The notes below the pieces were generated by a model. It was not told where the DNA came from. It was given only the letters and a program-made list of their open reading frames with translations, and made no database searches. From Schizochytrium sp. TIO01 (Eukaryota; Protista; Bigyra: Labyrinthulomycetes): a stretch of 64,000 bases of DNA. Each line of letters begins with the position of its first letter. The first letter of the stretch is position 1. Shown piece after piece: positions 20,986 to 33,742 of this stretch. The translations under genes and the position numbers were made by a program. The DNA is taken from the NCBI GenBank assembly GCA_004764695.1, contig SMSO01000006.1, forward strand, positions 1,627,859 through 1,691,858. The letters run 5' to 3'.

Positions 20986-22596
20986 TTATGCATCTAACAC
21001 TGATGTGACTGATTTGTTGAGCATATTAACGAGTTCAACAGTTTGGTTATACACAACAAAACCACCTGGAGAATCACCAGATGGTCTAACAGAAGGTTTC
21101 TTTTCTGGTGAAGCGTCTTCGTCCTCTTTATTGCTATCGGGTGTATCTGGACGACATAGATTGCAACCATGTTTTTCAAGATATTGGCTAATAAGCGGGC
21201 CGTATTGAAAATTGTCAACATAGAGAAAAAGTACAAGGATTACACGTGTACCAGATGTAATAGGGTAGCCTGCATGGCGCAAAGGTCCAGCGAAAGCCAC
21301 TGCTTCGCCAAGGTTCGCTTTCACAACGTCACCTTGGCCATCAGGACCAAGGGCTTCGAACCAGGTGCCACCTCCTTCAAAATCCTCTCCTCGCTGATTT
21401 AATGCAACAGTAAAACTCATTGAAGAAGTGTCACGATGTTCAGGCAACGAGAATGATTTGTCTTTCTCGGCATCGTAACGCACAATAAATGCGTCATGAA
21501 CGCGCATACGGAAATGCTCATCTTTCCCTGGCGGAGACAGGATAGTCGTCCCATCCGCCAATTTAGGGTAGGCTTTGGCAAGCATGGGATACAAGCGAGA
21601 GTTTAAAAGTTCCCTTAGCCATGGACGCAGCTCTGGGATATCTTCAACAGCAATATCTGTTGTGGGCACGCTAGAGTGTCGGACCGTAGACCATTTACCG
21701 CCTCGCTCCCGTTCATGAAACTCATTAACACAACGCAGAACATTGGCACACTCTTGAGCAGTAAGAACCGGCGTCTTCGACTTAAAGACTAGGCCATTTT
21801 GTTGGGTTTCGGGATCAAAGAGTGAGAGCGCTGGTGTACATCCGAGGCGCGTAGAGTCTACATAGTGGGCCTCAAATTCCTGCGGCATGGCTGCAGCGCC
21901 CACCAGGGAGTCTAGTGGGAATGAAGAGTTGAGCGTACGCGCTTTCTCCTCTTCTGCGCCTTGGTCACCCAAATCCCAACAGGATCTTTTGGCAGCTTGC
22001 CGTTTAAGGACAGAACATGAAGGTACAACAATGTGGCCTTGCTTCCAGAGCTCATAAGCTGCCGTGTGATGATCTGCGTGGATTTTGATCCAACCTGCTA
22101 AATGAAATGCATCTGCAATTGCATCTACAAGCCGTTCGTGCTCTTCTGAGTCTGTGGCATCACTAGGGCTCATGGAGCACACATGCTGGCAGAACATGAG
22201 TGCTTCCTCTTTGCGATTGGCCTTGAACAACAGCTTGGCCAGCATGAGTGAGTAGTCTCGATGTCCCGGGTGCAGATCTAGAGCTTTTTGCAAGCTGCGA
22301 ATGGCCTCCTCACGCCTGCCGAGGCCCTCTAGAGCTGCTGCATAGCACAGTCTGAGGTCCCTTTCGTTGCATGAGATGTCATCATGCCATGATTCCGCCT
22401 CAATAAGCATACGGCACACACGAAGTTCTTCCCTAAACCTTCTTTTCGTACGTTCTTGTTTAATTAGTTCCGCAGCTTCTTCTGGCGAGACATCTTTGCT
22501 CAAGAGGGCCTCAAATTGCTTTCGCAGGTTCTCCTCCAGCGTCTCGTCCGCGTCCGCAAAAGTCGCAGGGTTCTTCTCTCCCGACGATTCTGCCAT
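20986..22596 (-). CDS. TPR-repeat + 2OG-Fe(II) dioxygenase (PLOD/P4H-like C-terminal domain)
   Basis: TPR-like helices (YAAALEGLGRREEAIRSLQKALDLHP; LAKLLFKANRKEEAL). Catalytic HxD (EHRD), distal H (LRHAG) and R (SGTR) in the FIVRY...FEGGGTWF context typical of lysyl/prolyl-hydroxylase-like domains. Confidence 0.85.
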   Translation of the reverse strand: MAESSGEKNPATFADADETLEENLRKQFEALLSKDVSPEEAAELIKQERTKRRFREELRVCRMLIEAESWHDDISCNERDLRLCYAAALEGLGRREEAIRSLQKALDLHPGHRDYSLMLAKLLFKANRKEEALMFCQHVCSMSPSDATDSEEHERLVDAIADAFHLAGWIKIHADHHTAAYELWKQGHIVVPSCSVLKRQAAKRSCWDLGDQGAEEEKARTLNSSFPLDSLVGAAAMPQEFEAHYVDSTRLGCTPALSLFDPETQQNGLVFKSKTPVLTAQECANVLRCVNEFHERERGGKWSTVRHSSVPTTDIAVEDIPELRPWLRELLNSRLYPMLAKAYPKLADGTTILSPPGKDEHFRMRVHDAFIVRYDAEKDKSFSLPEHRDTSSMSFTVALNQRGEDFEGGGTWFEALGPDGQGDVVKANLGEAVAFAGPLRHAGYPITSGTRVILVLFLYVDNFQYGPLISQYLEKHGCNLCRPDTPDSNKEDEDASPEKKPSVRPSGDSPGGFVVYNQTVELVNMLNKSVTSVLDA

Positions 22597-23653
22597 CCTT
22601 CTTCAGGTCTCCAGAGCACTCAAGTCAAGAATGTGTTGAGTCCTTTCTGCAGAAGCGTCTCGCGAAGCGCCCCCTGAACAAGCTCTTGCGTCGAGCGATG
22701 CCTTCAACCTGCCTTCAACCCTTAAGTTGGTCTGCTTGCGTTGTTTCCACTTCCTGTTGGCAATTATTCTGTGCCTTTCGTTCGGTGAGACCAACACGGC
22801 CACTAGCAGGGACGGATGAGTACTATAGTTTTGGTTAGATGCCAGGCGAAGAGAGTCATACCTATGTTGGGGATGAAGCTTCTACGAGGTGAGGAGAGCG
22901 TTATGCTTATCCATTGCGTTTTTATGAAGTTCTAGTAAAGGAGGGTTGGGGTTGTAGAATAACATGACGAAGTTTTAAAAATTCGAATGAGTTCAATGTG
23001 GAAAGTGTTCATAGTGGATTATTGCTTGTCAGAAAATTATGACTCTTTCACAGAACTATGTATGCATGCTTTGAAATTTCTGCAGTCTCATTAGTGTGGT
23101 ATCTGCCTGCGAGCAAACGATGTTTTAGTAAAAACAAGCTCTCTGAAGATTTAGCCACAACTTTTTGGTGAAAAATCAGACTAAAACCGATACATTCACT
23201 TGATAAACTCCGTACATCCCAGTGGCATGACATTTGTGAATGACGTCCCGTTGAGACTCTTGAGAGAATTTTTTGTAAATGACGCTGGGTCAAGTTCGCG
23301 TATTGTACAAAATATGACCAATGGCCAGGTTGTTAGTTTCCAGTAAGGTGAAGATGGCCTTGACGGGACGTGTATGAGAACATTTGATGAATTATAGAAA
23401 CCTAGATATCAAAACTTACTCTATTTATTTACCTGGGAGGGTATATCTTCCACAGTTTGGGCTTGCGAGAAAAGTTTACATAGGCTCTTATCTCGTATGT
23501 TTAGAAACGTCAGTATCATGCATTTAAATCAACCAAGACACTTGACGTATCTTTTGAAATTGTAAACCGCGATAGTGAGTGTAGTGATGAACTATTAGAA
23601 AAATATATTGTCTTCTAAATTTTACATAATAAATAAAAGGCAACCATCATCAA

Positions 23654-24110
23654 TGAGTTTGGAAGAAATTGTTGATCGATTGGATACAAAATTGCTTCTC
23701 CGTTATGTAACTTATGATGATCTCCTTGCCTACCATCATGTGTATAGTCTTGTAAGGAAAAAACTCCGCAGAGCTAACCAGCTGCTGAAAGGTGATTCTG
23801 ATTAGCTTGAGGTTGACTGTAAAGATGAAGGCAAGAGGCTTGATGAAAGCTTTAAGAAGGTTGATCTACGAGTTAGGGAACTGCTGTCCTGGGAAATGAA
23901 TTTCAGGACAGATGGGTTCATGCAGTAGTTAGGGACACTAAGACATTCTTGAAAGTGGTTAGAGATAATCGATGGGATAAAGTTAATCCAACTTCTCAGA
24001 CCATTGATTCAAGCTAAACCATGCTTGGGTGCAGGCAATGTGTATTCACACTCCTAGTTCTTGGCTTCAGCAGTCATGTGAGTCTGGCTGCCTTATTCTT
24101 GGTGCGAATG
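23654..24110 (+). pseudogene. Decayed coding fragment of a dispersed family (copy 1)
   Basis: MSLEEIVDRLDTKLLLRYVTYDDLLAYHHV...GDSD*LEVDCKDEGKRLDESFKKVDLRVRELLSWEMNFRTDGFMQ* continues through in-frame stops. 23785-24100 aligns by eye to 63622-63938. Confidence 0.55.
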
Positions 24111-26271
24111 AGACAGAACCAAAATCGATCAGAAAAACCTAAGCACTTGTTTGATTTTCAAGGAAAGCAAAGTTTGCAAGACGAATACCACCATGCAAAA
24201 CATCCAACTCATGTACAGAAATTAAGACTATAGATCTCATCTTCATAATTCATCTATTGGCGAATGAGACTCAAGTATAAGTAAGTATATCGACGAAGCT
24301 TAGTAGCTTAAATAAAATAATAGAGTTATTCAAATAGATTAAAGACTCTTTCGAGGAAACAAATAAAACATAGAATCAATTATTTTGTGGGTCTCCATGC
24401 ATAGTTTCATATTAGGAAAGGAAAGTTTTGATGTCACTAGAGCTCAGAGTGATCATATTTTAAAATTTCTCAATGTACAGTTGGAAGGAGATTGTACTAG
24501 TGTTGTTATTATGTTTGAAAAGCACTTTATGTAAAATTGCTACATGTAAGCACTTTCCAGGCAAATACACGAAACGAGCATGCTGAGAGTACCAATTGAA
24601 GGGTCACGTGGATAAGGCGTTAGCAACATCCTAAACTGTTCAGATTGTATATGATGAGGATGTGATGATTAAATACGAAGGGGTGAGGACCAGGAAACTC
24701 AAGAATGAAAACGTATTACATAATCTAGGGATTATGTAGGGATAGCCTAAATAAGTGGTTGGGGAAACCAGTCAACCTGGCCCCTTGGGTTCTGCTTAAT
24801 AACATAAATATGACCCAACCCACCTCGGTGTTCGTTAACTAAGCATACAACGCTTTCTCAAGTCTCATCATGCTTTCAACCCCCCTAGCCTTCATCTTCC
24901 TAGTTAACCTTTGGATGCTCAGGGATTGATTAGTTTTCAGCAAGCCTGAACTGCTCATAAACTGTTCAGTGCCTTTGGAAAAAGACGGGAAAATAGCAGA
25001 AATTTGTGACTTTTTGAGGACTCGCTTAGTAGCCGAGTTGAGTCAAAAGGGCGAGTCAACGTGCATGAGTTACATTCCCTTTTCGAAGACTGTCCTCGTG
25101 ACCCAGTCCTCATTTACCCGTGGCTCGATCCATATTCACTACAGCTTTCGAGGGATCCAAACTTACCTTCTTCGTGCCACCTAGCTATTCGCTGCTGAGG
25201 TTTTTTACCATGACTAGTAATTATTTTTTTAATTAAACTAAAAGAAAGAAGCAAGAGAAAGCAAAAGGGAGAAAAGGAAGAATGCGCCTTCGCTGCGGTG
25301 TCCACTGTGTAGAAAGCCGAGCCTTCATGCTTGAGGAGAGGCGTTTTCCCGCCACGGTGTTGATGTGATCATGGCCTATTGCCCGCAGAGAACGGCCGCA
25401 TTGGTGCAGGGCACAGACTGGCCGCCAAGGTGGCTCGAGTCAACGATCAAAATAATCAACGGCTCTCATTTGGGGTGGAGCAAAACACCAAGAGATGGAG
25501 AGCAAAGTGATAGGTGTGGTGAATGTGTTCAGAAGAGTACCGTTTCGTAATCATGGATGATCTTGATCGTTGTTGTAGAGGACAAGCATCCCTTCCCTTC
25601 ATTGGTCAGTGCCACTTCAGAGCTTGCTGCTGAGTGTTCGGGAGCGTCGACGGAGTTACTCCGGGAGGTGTTTGAACAGGAGGAAGAATGTAGTACTAGA
25701 AAGGAAAGTATATTTTGTTGAAGGTTATGATTAATATTTTTAATTTTTCTTTTAAAGATTAACTTTATCAAAGTCTTTGCCGATGAATATGGAACACAGT
25801 ATTGAGACGAATTTGCACAAAAATGCATTTCAGTATGCATAAATATGGGTAGAATTGCTGATGCTGTACTCAAAGAGCCTACCTCATTTACGAGCGCCAA
25901 AGAGTCCAGAGCCTCCTCCCCTCCCCCCCAAAAAAACAAGAGAAGAAGAAGGAACACTCAGGTAGAACAAAGAATTCTCGTCAAACGAGATGTTGCTCGC
26001 CACTTTCCTACTTGTGTGTATGCTAGGAAAAGATCAGCTAACGATCGAGTGCACTGCAGACAAGACCCCAAGAATGATCATGATGTCGTTTTGACCCATG
26101 GGAAAGGGGTCCTATTTTACTGATTTCATTTGATTCTTTGTGAGTGGGATCAAATGGTGATGGTGTGTAACTGTAGGTAAATGTGACGCAATGTTTCGAT
26201 GTAGATGTAACAAATACAATGTGTGGTTGCATAGCGAGGGGTGTTGATGTTTATGTCCTCTTTTCTTTTAC

Positions 26272-28265
26272 TTAGGCCATTGCAGATTTTGATGATCCTA
26301 TGACAGAGGCACTGGAACTGTGGCCAGCCTTATCTGACTTGCGCCTCTTGTTGATAGGCAGGGAAATCGATGATGCGGTAGCAGATGAAGGCACGGAGCG
26401 TTTCGACGACGACCTATCTGAGCTCTTTGAAAAGAATTCATCAGAGCGTTTGTCACTGCTACTACCGTTCGAACTACTATCACTGCTTCTTGAAGAGATA
26501 GACTTGTCCCTGGCAAATGACGAAATCTTGGGTCCGACGGAGTCAGAGACCAGGTCATCGCTTTTACGCTCTGAATCACTGGAAGAGTTATCATTGGAGC
26601 TGCGAGAGTTGTTAGAGTCCCTCTTGGAGTGATGCTTAGAGGAGTGGCCGGCACTGTTGATGTTGCCAACTTCTGAGGGGGGAGTGTCGGTCTCACTTGT
26701 TTCTTTACTTCCTTGGGTCGAAGCACCACCATCATTGGATCCTTGGCCGGAGACACCAGAGTTATGGCTGCCACCTTTTTGAGCCAAGTCTTCAGCAGAG
26801 CGCAATCTGAATTCACCAGTCTTTGTGAAGATTTCCTTGAGACGCTTACGCTCCTCGGGATCGGGAAAGTTGAGTTCTTTGCGACTTTCGCCAAAATGTT
26901 CGATGGTTCTAAGATCCACAGCGAGTGCAGCCATTTCTTCAGATCGAAAACAGCCCAAGTGCTCAATACGGCCGTTAATCCAAGTTCGTGCAAGCCACTT
27001 GCGATCACGACGATGCCAGGAGACACCTCTGTATTTCGAGCTTGAGGTATTGAACCGACGCTTGTTAAGATCGTAAAAGTCTTCCATCGAGAACATTCCC
27101 ATGGGGGCAATTTGGTGGCCCATAAGAATAGGTTGTCCATTAGGGGAACTGCGATCAAAGATGGGCATAAACTGTGTAGGCATGCCTTGGGGCATGCCTG
27201 GCTGATGCATGTGGCCTGCTGGAATGAAGGCATGGGGATGCATTGCATGCGGTTGTTGAAGCATATGCTGAGGACCGGGTTGCTGTTGTTGTTGTTGTTG
27301 TTGCTGCTGCTGCTGTGCTTGCGGCTGATGTGATGTTTGGGAGGTTTGTGAAGCTTGAGATTGTGAAGCGGGTTGGGAACCATTGAAAGGCCGGGTGAAA
27401 TCCTTGCCCATTTGCTGCAGGAAGGCGTTGACATGAGGGGTAAATGTAGATGGGAGAGCTTGTTGCTGTTGCTGTGGCTGGTGATTACCTGGGGTTGCGT
27501 GTGCTGTCATTTGGCTCTTGTTGCTGTTGTTACGACCAGTATTAGGTTCGTTATTTTGTTGTTGTTGTTGCTGCTGCTGCTGTGCACCACCTGAGTTGCT
27601 ACTGCTGCTTGGATAGACACCGCTGCCGCCGCTGTTACGGTTTTTGGGTCGACTCAAACCACTTGTGCCAGATCCGCTTGAGGCAGATCCATTGCTGTCG
27701 CTATCGTCGCTGTTAATGCTACTCGATGGGAAATATGAGGACTGCACGGACTCCATGATGCTTGAAGGCGGCTTGTTGTTCATGAATGAGATGGCAGCAT
27801 TTATTGCACCCGGGAATGAGGGCATTGATCCTTGTACCACGACACCTGGGGCGCCAGTTTGATCAGGCGCCACAGGGACAAACTGGGGTTGAGTAGAAGG
27901 AGGGCTGTTTGGTCCAGGCACAAAGAGAACACCAGCTACTGTCATACCTTGTGGAGCCATCATAACAACAGGGGGGATAGACGACGGCGACTTGCTTGTA
28001 GTGGAGGTTCCATTCGCGGAGGGTGTAGGGGTTGTGTTATTCGTTGTATTGTTGTTGTTTTGGTCGCGTTGCTGGTGTGATGTGGATGGCGCCGGTGTAG
28101 ACGACTTCAGTGTACTCGAATATGGCTGCTGCAAAAATTGAAGTTGCGGCTGGTTTCCAGAGAGATTTGGATTTTTGGTGGCATCTGATGAGCTTGGCAT
28201 TGCAGATGTTGCTATTGATGAAGGCATGTTGGTGTTATTCATCATGGTGTTATTCATACTAGAGC

Positions 28266-28299
<34 letters not shown>

Positions 28300-28824
28300 G
28301 CTGTTGCTGCTGCCGCTGTTGTTATTTATAACGTTGTTGCTATTATCAGTGCCGTTTTTGTTGTTGCTGTTGCTGTTGATGGAGTTTGTTTGCATTGGCG
28401 GTGGTGTCGAGGCCGCGCTCTGTTGGGGTTGTTGCGGCTGCTGCTGCTGCTGCATCATGGGTGGCATCATTTGAAACATTCCGTTGTCCATTTGTTGGAA
28501 GCCCATGGATGAGCCGAACTGCGGCACGTAAAAGTAACCATTGGGTGGAAACCCGTATCCACCGTTGTTCGCATTATTCTGCATGAGCATGTTCGGCTGG
28601 CCTTGTTGTACTGTGACGTATTGGGGGTGAGGGTACATGCCAAAAGGCATTTGGCCATTCCCGTTGGGTTGTTGTGGCTGCTGCTGCTGCTGCTGCATTT
28701 GTGCTCCTCCGTTGTTACTGCTGCCGTCAGCAAAGCTCATAAACGCGTTCTGTCCTGCGTTGTTGTTCTGAGTGCTATTACTGGTGTTGTTGTTGTGAAG
28801 ATTTCCAGCAGCGTGTACGATCAT
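26272..28824 (-). CDS. AP2/ERF-domain transcription factor, paralog A (850 aa, Q/N/S-rich)
   Basis: AP2 core YRGVSWHRRDRKWLARTWINGRIEHLGCFRSEEMAALAVD...ELNF (Y...HFG core at 26890-27033), with long low-complexity poly-Q/poly-N flanks. Confidence 0.9.
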
Positions 28825-29423
28825 TATGCTTGCTGCGCCTTTTCACAGAATATCACGAGCCAAGAGTCCGTCCTCTTGCTCGCGCTCTCTGGCGCTCTAC
28901 GGGACTCGCCAAACTTGCGCCTAGGTCGCTGGACCTACAGCGCTGGGGTTATAGTGGTGACTCTGGAGCACCTCTTGAACCTTCAAAGCCCAGTCACTTC
29001 TCTGCATGCACAGTTGAACCCAATCAGGCAGCTAGCTGTACGAGAGTGCCAGAAGACCTGGTCGGCGCAAGTCTTTCTCTGCAATCTATTCAACGTGCGG
29101 CAATCGCCTTGCCTTGAGGCCGCAGCGCTGTTGGCAAATGGTTCACCTCAATCAAAGCAGTAGCAGAAGAGGCGACGAAGACGAAGAGGAATATTATGAA
29201 GAGGAGCAGGAAAAGAGGTCTCCGTCGCAGCTACGGGTCGCCGTGACTGTGGAAGGCTGAGGCGTCGCAGCGCGGAGCAGCGGCCCTCTGTCGCTGCGTT
29301 CGATGCTCGCCGGCGTCGCTCTGCGTCTGCGTCTGCTGCGTCGATGTGGCTCGTCGCTCGTGGCTCGTCCGCTGCCGCTGCTGCTGCTGCTGCGACGGCG
29401 AGGTATATAGTATTTTGTCTGCT

Positions 29424-29495
29424 GTTGTTGTTTTTGTTGTTGTTTTTGTTGTTGTTTTTGTTGTTGTTTTTGTTGTTGTTTTTGTTGTTGTTTTT
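29424..29495. repeat. (TTTTTGTTGTTG)n 12-mer repeat
   Basis: Seen directly, upstream of AP2 paralog A. Confidence 0.9.
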
Positions 29496-31529
29496 ATTAT
29501 TTTTGTTTCGCTGTTTCAAAAGAGCGGCCACCTCAATGAGGACCGCGGCTTCGAGGCCCTCGCGCTGGAAGGAGAGCGGGGGAGGGAGGGAGGGAGGAAG
29601 GGCGCGGTTCGGTGGTCGCTGGCCGCGGCGCAGCTGGGCGGGCCGCTCGGTGTTCTTCGACTGAAGCAGCGAACGGGTGAATCAGCAGACGACAGTTTTC
29701 AAAGCGAGAGAAAAAAGCAGCAAGAACAACAAAACTTTAGCGATGAAAATGATGATAAAATAAAACTCGAAGAAAATAAATAAAATAAAACTAAATATAT
29801 GGGTTAGAGGGCGAGGAGAAGAAAAGCTGTTGCTACGGGATTCACTGGTGGGATCCTAGGTCGATACATAGCCTTTTCGATAGGACTTGCGGTCGGTGAG
29901 AGGGGGGGGAGGAAAAGTCAAGGTTGAGAGGGGGAAGCGAAAGAAAAGCGTGGGTTAGCTGCGGGCTATGAGGAGAAGAATGCGAGCGTTTTTGATTCCG
30001 TCGCAGTGATAGAGAGGGGGACTGTGGAGACTTGATGGCTGCTCTCCAGTGAGGGCCACTGCCCTCTCAGCTCTAGGTCGCAACCACGGAAAACTTCCAA
30101 AGCGGTGAGGTGCCAACCACAGGTTCTGCGTGCTGAGCTGTCACGACATTACGCCACTTTCTTCCAAAAGAGGGTGCAGAAGGACAGAGTTGCTGCTACA
30201 ACACCGCGACGCTGCGGGGAATTGCTCCCTCCCTCAGCTAAGGTGCGGGCGCTGTGGGTCGCTGCGGAGGCGCTTCTTTCTTGGTTCTTCGAATTCCCTC
30301 TCCGTTTCTTCTTCTTCTTCTTCTTCTTCTTCTTCTTCTTCTTTCTTCTTGTTCTTTCTTCTTCTGCTGCTGCTCTGCTCTGCTCTGCTCTGCTCGGCGC
30401 TTCCCTCCACTTCCGTAGCTGTGAGCAAGAGGGTCTGCCGCCGCTTTTTGGCAACTTTCCTCACCACATCGAAACTCTCGCTCGCGATTCTCCCGCTTTT
30501 GCCCTTTCTTTTCCCTCCCGCATCATCCAATCCAAAGAAAGTTTTGTTTTCATTTCACTTCGTCTTCTTTCTCCTATCTCTTATACGGTCGGTCACCCTC
30601 GTCACGCCGTTCTTTCCCGGCGTTCCGTTCTCGCTCGAGGCGGTCGTTCCAGACGGTCGATGAGAACGCATAGCCGAGGGTACCCATCCCCTACGGCGCC
30701 TGTTCTTTCGCCCGTGCGCTACCACTGCGTAGGTGGCGCGTAGGCGCGGGAGGGCGAAGAGGAACAGAAAGAACGCTTGAGCTTGCTTGCCTCAAATTGG
30801 TCCTCGAAGAAGAAGAAGAAGAAGAAGAAGAAAAGCTCTGATCGCTGACGGTGCTGTGTAGAAAGTTGATCCTGGGGTGAGTGTTGCGGGCTGCTGAGCC
30901 TGCTCGCTCGCGGAAGCAGCAGCGCGGAGGATCAGGCGAGTCCTCCCTGGCGTCAGCCTTCCACAGCTTGTTGTTGTACACGGAAGTTCCCTTGTTTCGC
31001 CTTCTTCGAGTTGGTGGCCTTTCAGGACGACACGCTTTAGAAACGGGTCAAGTTCGAGCAAGCTCGAGCTCCTCGACACGACAGCGCTATCGAGAGACGC
31101 GCTGCTCTGCTCTGCTCTGCTCTGCTCCGCGTCGATTGGTGTCGATTGGAGAGCCTTCGAGCGCTTTGAGCGGACAAATCAGAAGGAGTGTAATGAGCAG
31201 CAGATGTGCAAAAACCGATCATGGCGAGAGCGCATGAATTTATGAATGAATGGATGCATGAATTTATGAATGACATCGACGGCGGTGGTGGAGGCGCGGT
31301 TTCGTGCTCCCTGGATGTCGTCTTTAGGCTCGAGCAGCCGGCTAGCTTTTCCGACGGGGTTCTTGAGCCCAGCCGGGCTACAGGTGTTGGTGTCGTGTTG
31401 TAAACTATTGAGCGGCGGGCATGGTTGACTCGGCTTGAGTCGCGATTCCTTTCCGCAAGGAGCCGCTCGAGTTTTCGCCCCTCAGCCAAGCCTGCCAGCG
31501 ACTTGTCAAAGCTGGCGTCTCAGACCTCA

Positions 31530-31870
31530 GAGCCCAGAGCCCAGAGCCCAGAGCCCAGAGCCCAGAGCCCGCTCCTCCCGTCGTCGGCGTCGTCGCCTTT
31601 GCTTCGCGCTCCCAGCGCAGTCATCGGATATGGCAATTTGGTGCTTCAGAATGTACGCATTGCGCGCTTTGAATTCATTCGAATTCTTCGAGTTATTTGA
31701 ATTTATTTGGGTTATTTGAATTTATTTGAGGTATTTGAATTATTTGAGGTATTTGAATTATTTGAGGTATTTGAATTATTTGAGGTATTTGAACTATTTG
31801 AATTTATTTGAATTTATTTGAATTTATTTGAATTTATTTGAATTTATTTGAATTATTTGAATTATTTGAA
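31530..31870. repeat. (GAGCCCA)n followed by TTGAATT(T)AT / TTGAGGTAT 9-10-mer satellite
   Basis: 7-mer run at about 31530-31570; 9/10-mer run at about 31690-31870. Confidence 0.9.
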
Positions 31871-33196
31871 TCTCTCCTGCTGCTCGATCGCATTCGTTAG
31901 CAGCCGAGTGGAGGTTCAAGGCCTCGCCATTCCAGCACAGCAGCGGCGCCCACTCACAGAGGCAGAGCGTGGCGTGGCGTGGCGTGGCGTAGCGCCTTTC
32001 TAGTGATCAGTGCAGGCTTTTGTTTTGCCGCTGCGTTTCCCCGCCTCTTCGAAGTCGCGCCGCGTTCTTGCCGCTGAACAGAACAAGGAACGTTCAATTT
32101 CGCAATCGTTCTTTCTTTCTTTCTTTCTTTCTTTCAACTTCATTCTCCTTCTTTACCGTTCGTTCCAGAGAGATGAAGGAGGTCTGATCGCTTGCTAAGC
32201 TTTCATTTTATTTTATTTGTATTCTACACTTTATAGATTTATTTATTATAATTATTTATTTTTTTATTAATAGTACTGTAAAGTTGTTACCGCTTCGATT
32301 GAGACCCCTCAAAGGCCACTCGTCTTAGCTTTTTGGTGGCTCAGAGACAGACTCTTTTGTTTCTTGTTCCCTTCAGCTGCTGGCTCCTTGCTACTGTTTC
32401 GGAGTGTCCGGGTCAAGATCTTCTCCACGAGGGATAAGACAACCCCTCGAAGCAGCGTACTCCTAAGCCGCCCCACAGCCCGATTTTCGCGAGGCGGCCC
32501 TCACAGACCTGTTCCAGCTTTTGGCGAAAGGACAGGGCGCTCTGTGAGGGGGCCTCCTCGAGAGGGCAGGTCCAGCCGTAGCTGCGGGGCCGAGCCTCCA
32601 CACCGGGCTCGGCTGCCTTCAGGCGCTTCTTTCTGTCTGCATCTTCTTCTTCTTCTTCTTCTTCTTCGAAGGCCCTCTTCTTTCCTCCCAGTATGCCACG
32701 TCAATCGATCAGCCAATCGATAAGCACCACTTTCCCCTCCTTTCCTCGCCTTGTGGCGTTGAAAACTGCATCGAGTCCAGAAAAGCAACTCGAAAGATTG
32801 AAAGTACAGCAGACAAAACAAAACAAAGAAAACAAAAGAGGAGAATTGTCTCATGCATCATGTGCACAATAACACTAAAAAGAAAGAAAGAAAGAAAGGA
32901 AAGAGGAAATTAAAAATAATTCCCAGAGACTCGCCGTTTCTGTGAATATCTGCTCCTAACTGCGGCGAGGCCCTCCGTCCTCCTGCCTGGCAGCTCTTTG
33001 ACCGCCTGACTCCTCCTCCTCCTCTGCGATGTCTCTGCGCGGCCTCCAGCTGGCGGCCAGGGAGGCGGCCAGGCGGAAGAGCGGTCGTGGAGTCTGCGAT
33101 TATTTCATCGCCCGCTCCTCCCTTCGCCTGCGAATAAGATTGCTCCAAATGGCTGCAAAGTATGTAAGTAAGTAAGTCTCTTCTTTCCTCTTCTCC

Positions 33197-33232
<36 letters not shown>

Positions 33233-33690
33233 GTTCTGCTGTCGCTGTAAGTAAAGAAACAAACAGCGTATTGAACAAATAACCAACTAACTTTAAATAA
33301 ATAAATAAACAGACCAATGTAAACAAGCCCAATTCCAAAAGAGAGGATCAGAAGAGCTCACTCATTGAATTCCCCCTCTCTCTCTCTACTCACACACACA
33401 CTCTTTCTCTGTGCTGTGGGAGAGTAAACGAATAATCTTTGAAAGGTGCGTAGGTAGAGTGTAGGCAGAGTGGTAGCAGAGAGGCGCTCCTCTTCTTCTT
33501 CTTCTTCTTCTTCTTCTTCGAGGACTCACCACAAAACCAGCAGCAACAACAGCACTAACAACAGCAGCAGTGACAACAACAGCCGCTCATTAAGCGGCCT
33601 TTAAAGAGAGTGTACACGCACACCTACAGCTCTGATGATGGAAAAGCTCAAGGAAACGCGAAAAGGCGCGAAGGGCCAGCGAGCAAGCGA

Positions 33691-33742
<52 letters not shown>

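Noticed and set aside
10398-22639. Overlapping antisense or alternate-frame ORFs within AsnRS, XRN1, TCP11-like and oxygenase genes
   Set aside because: Typical shadow ORFs with no recognisable motifs.
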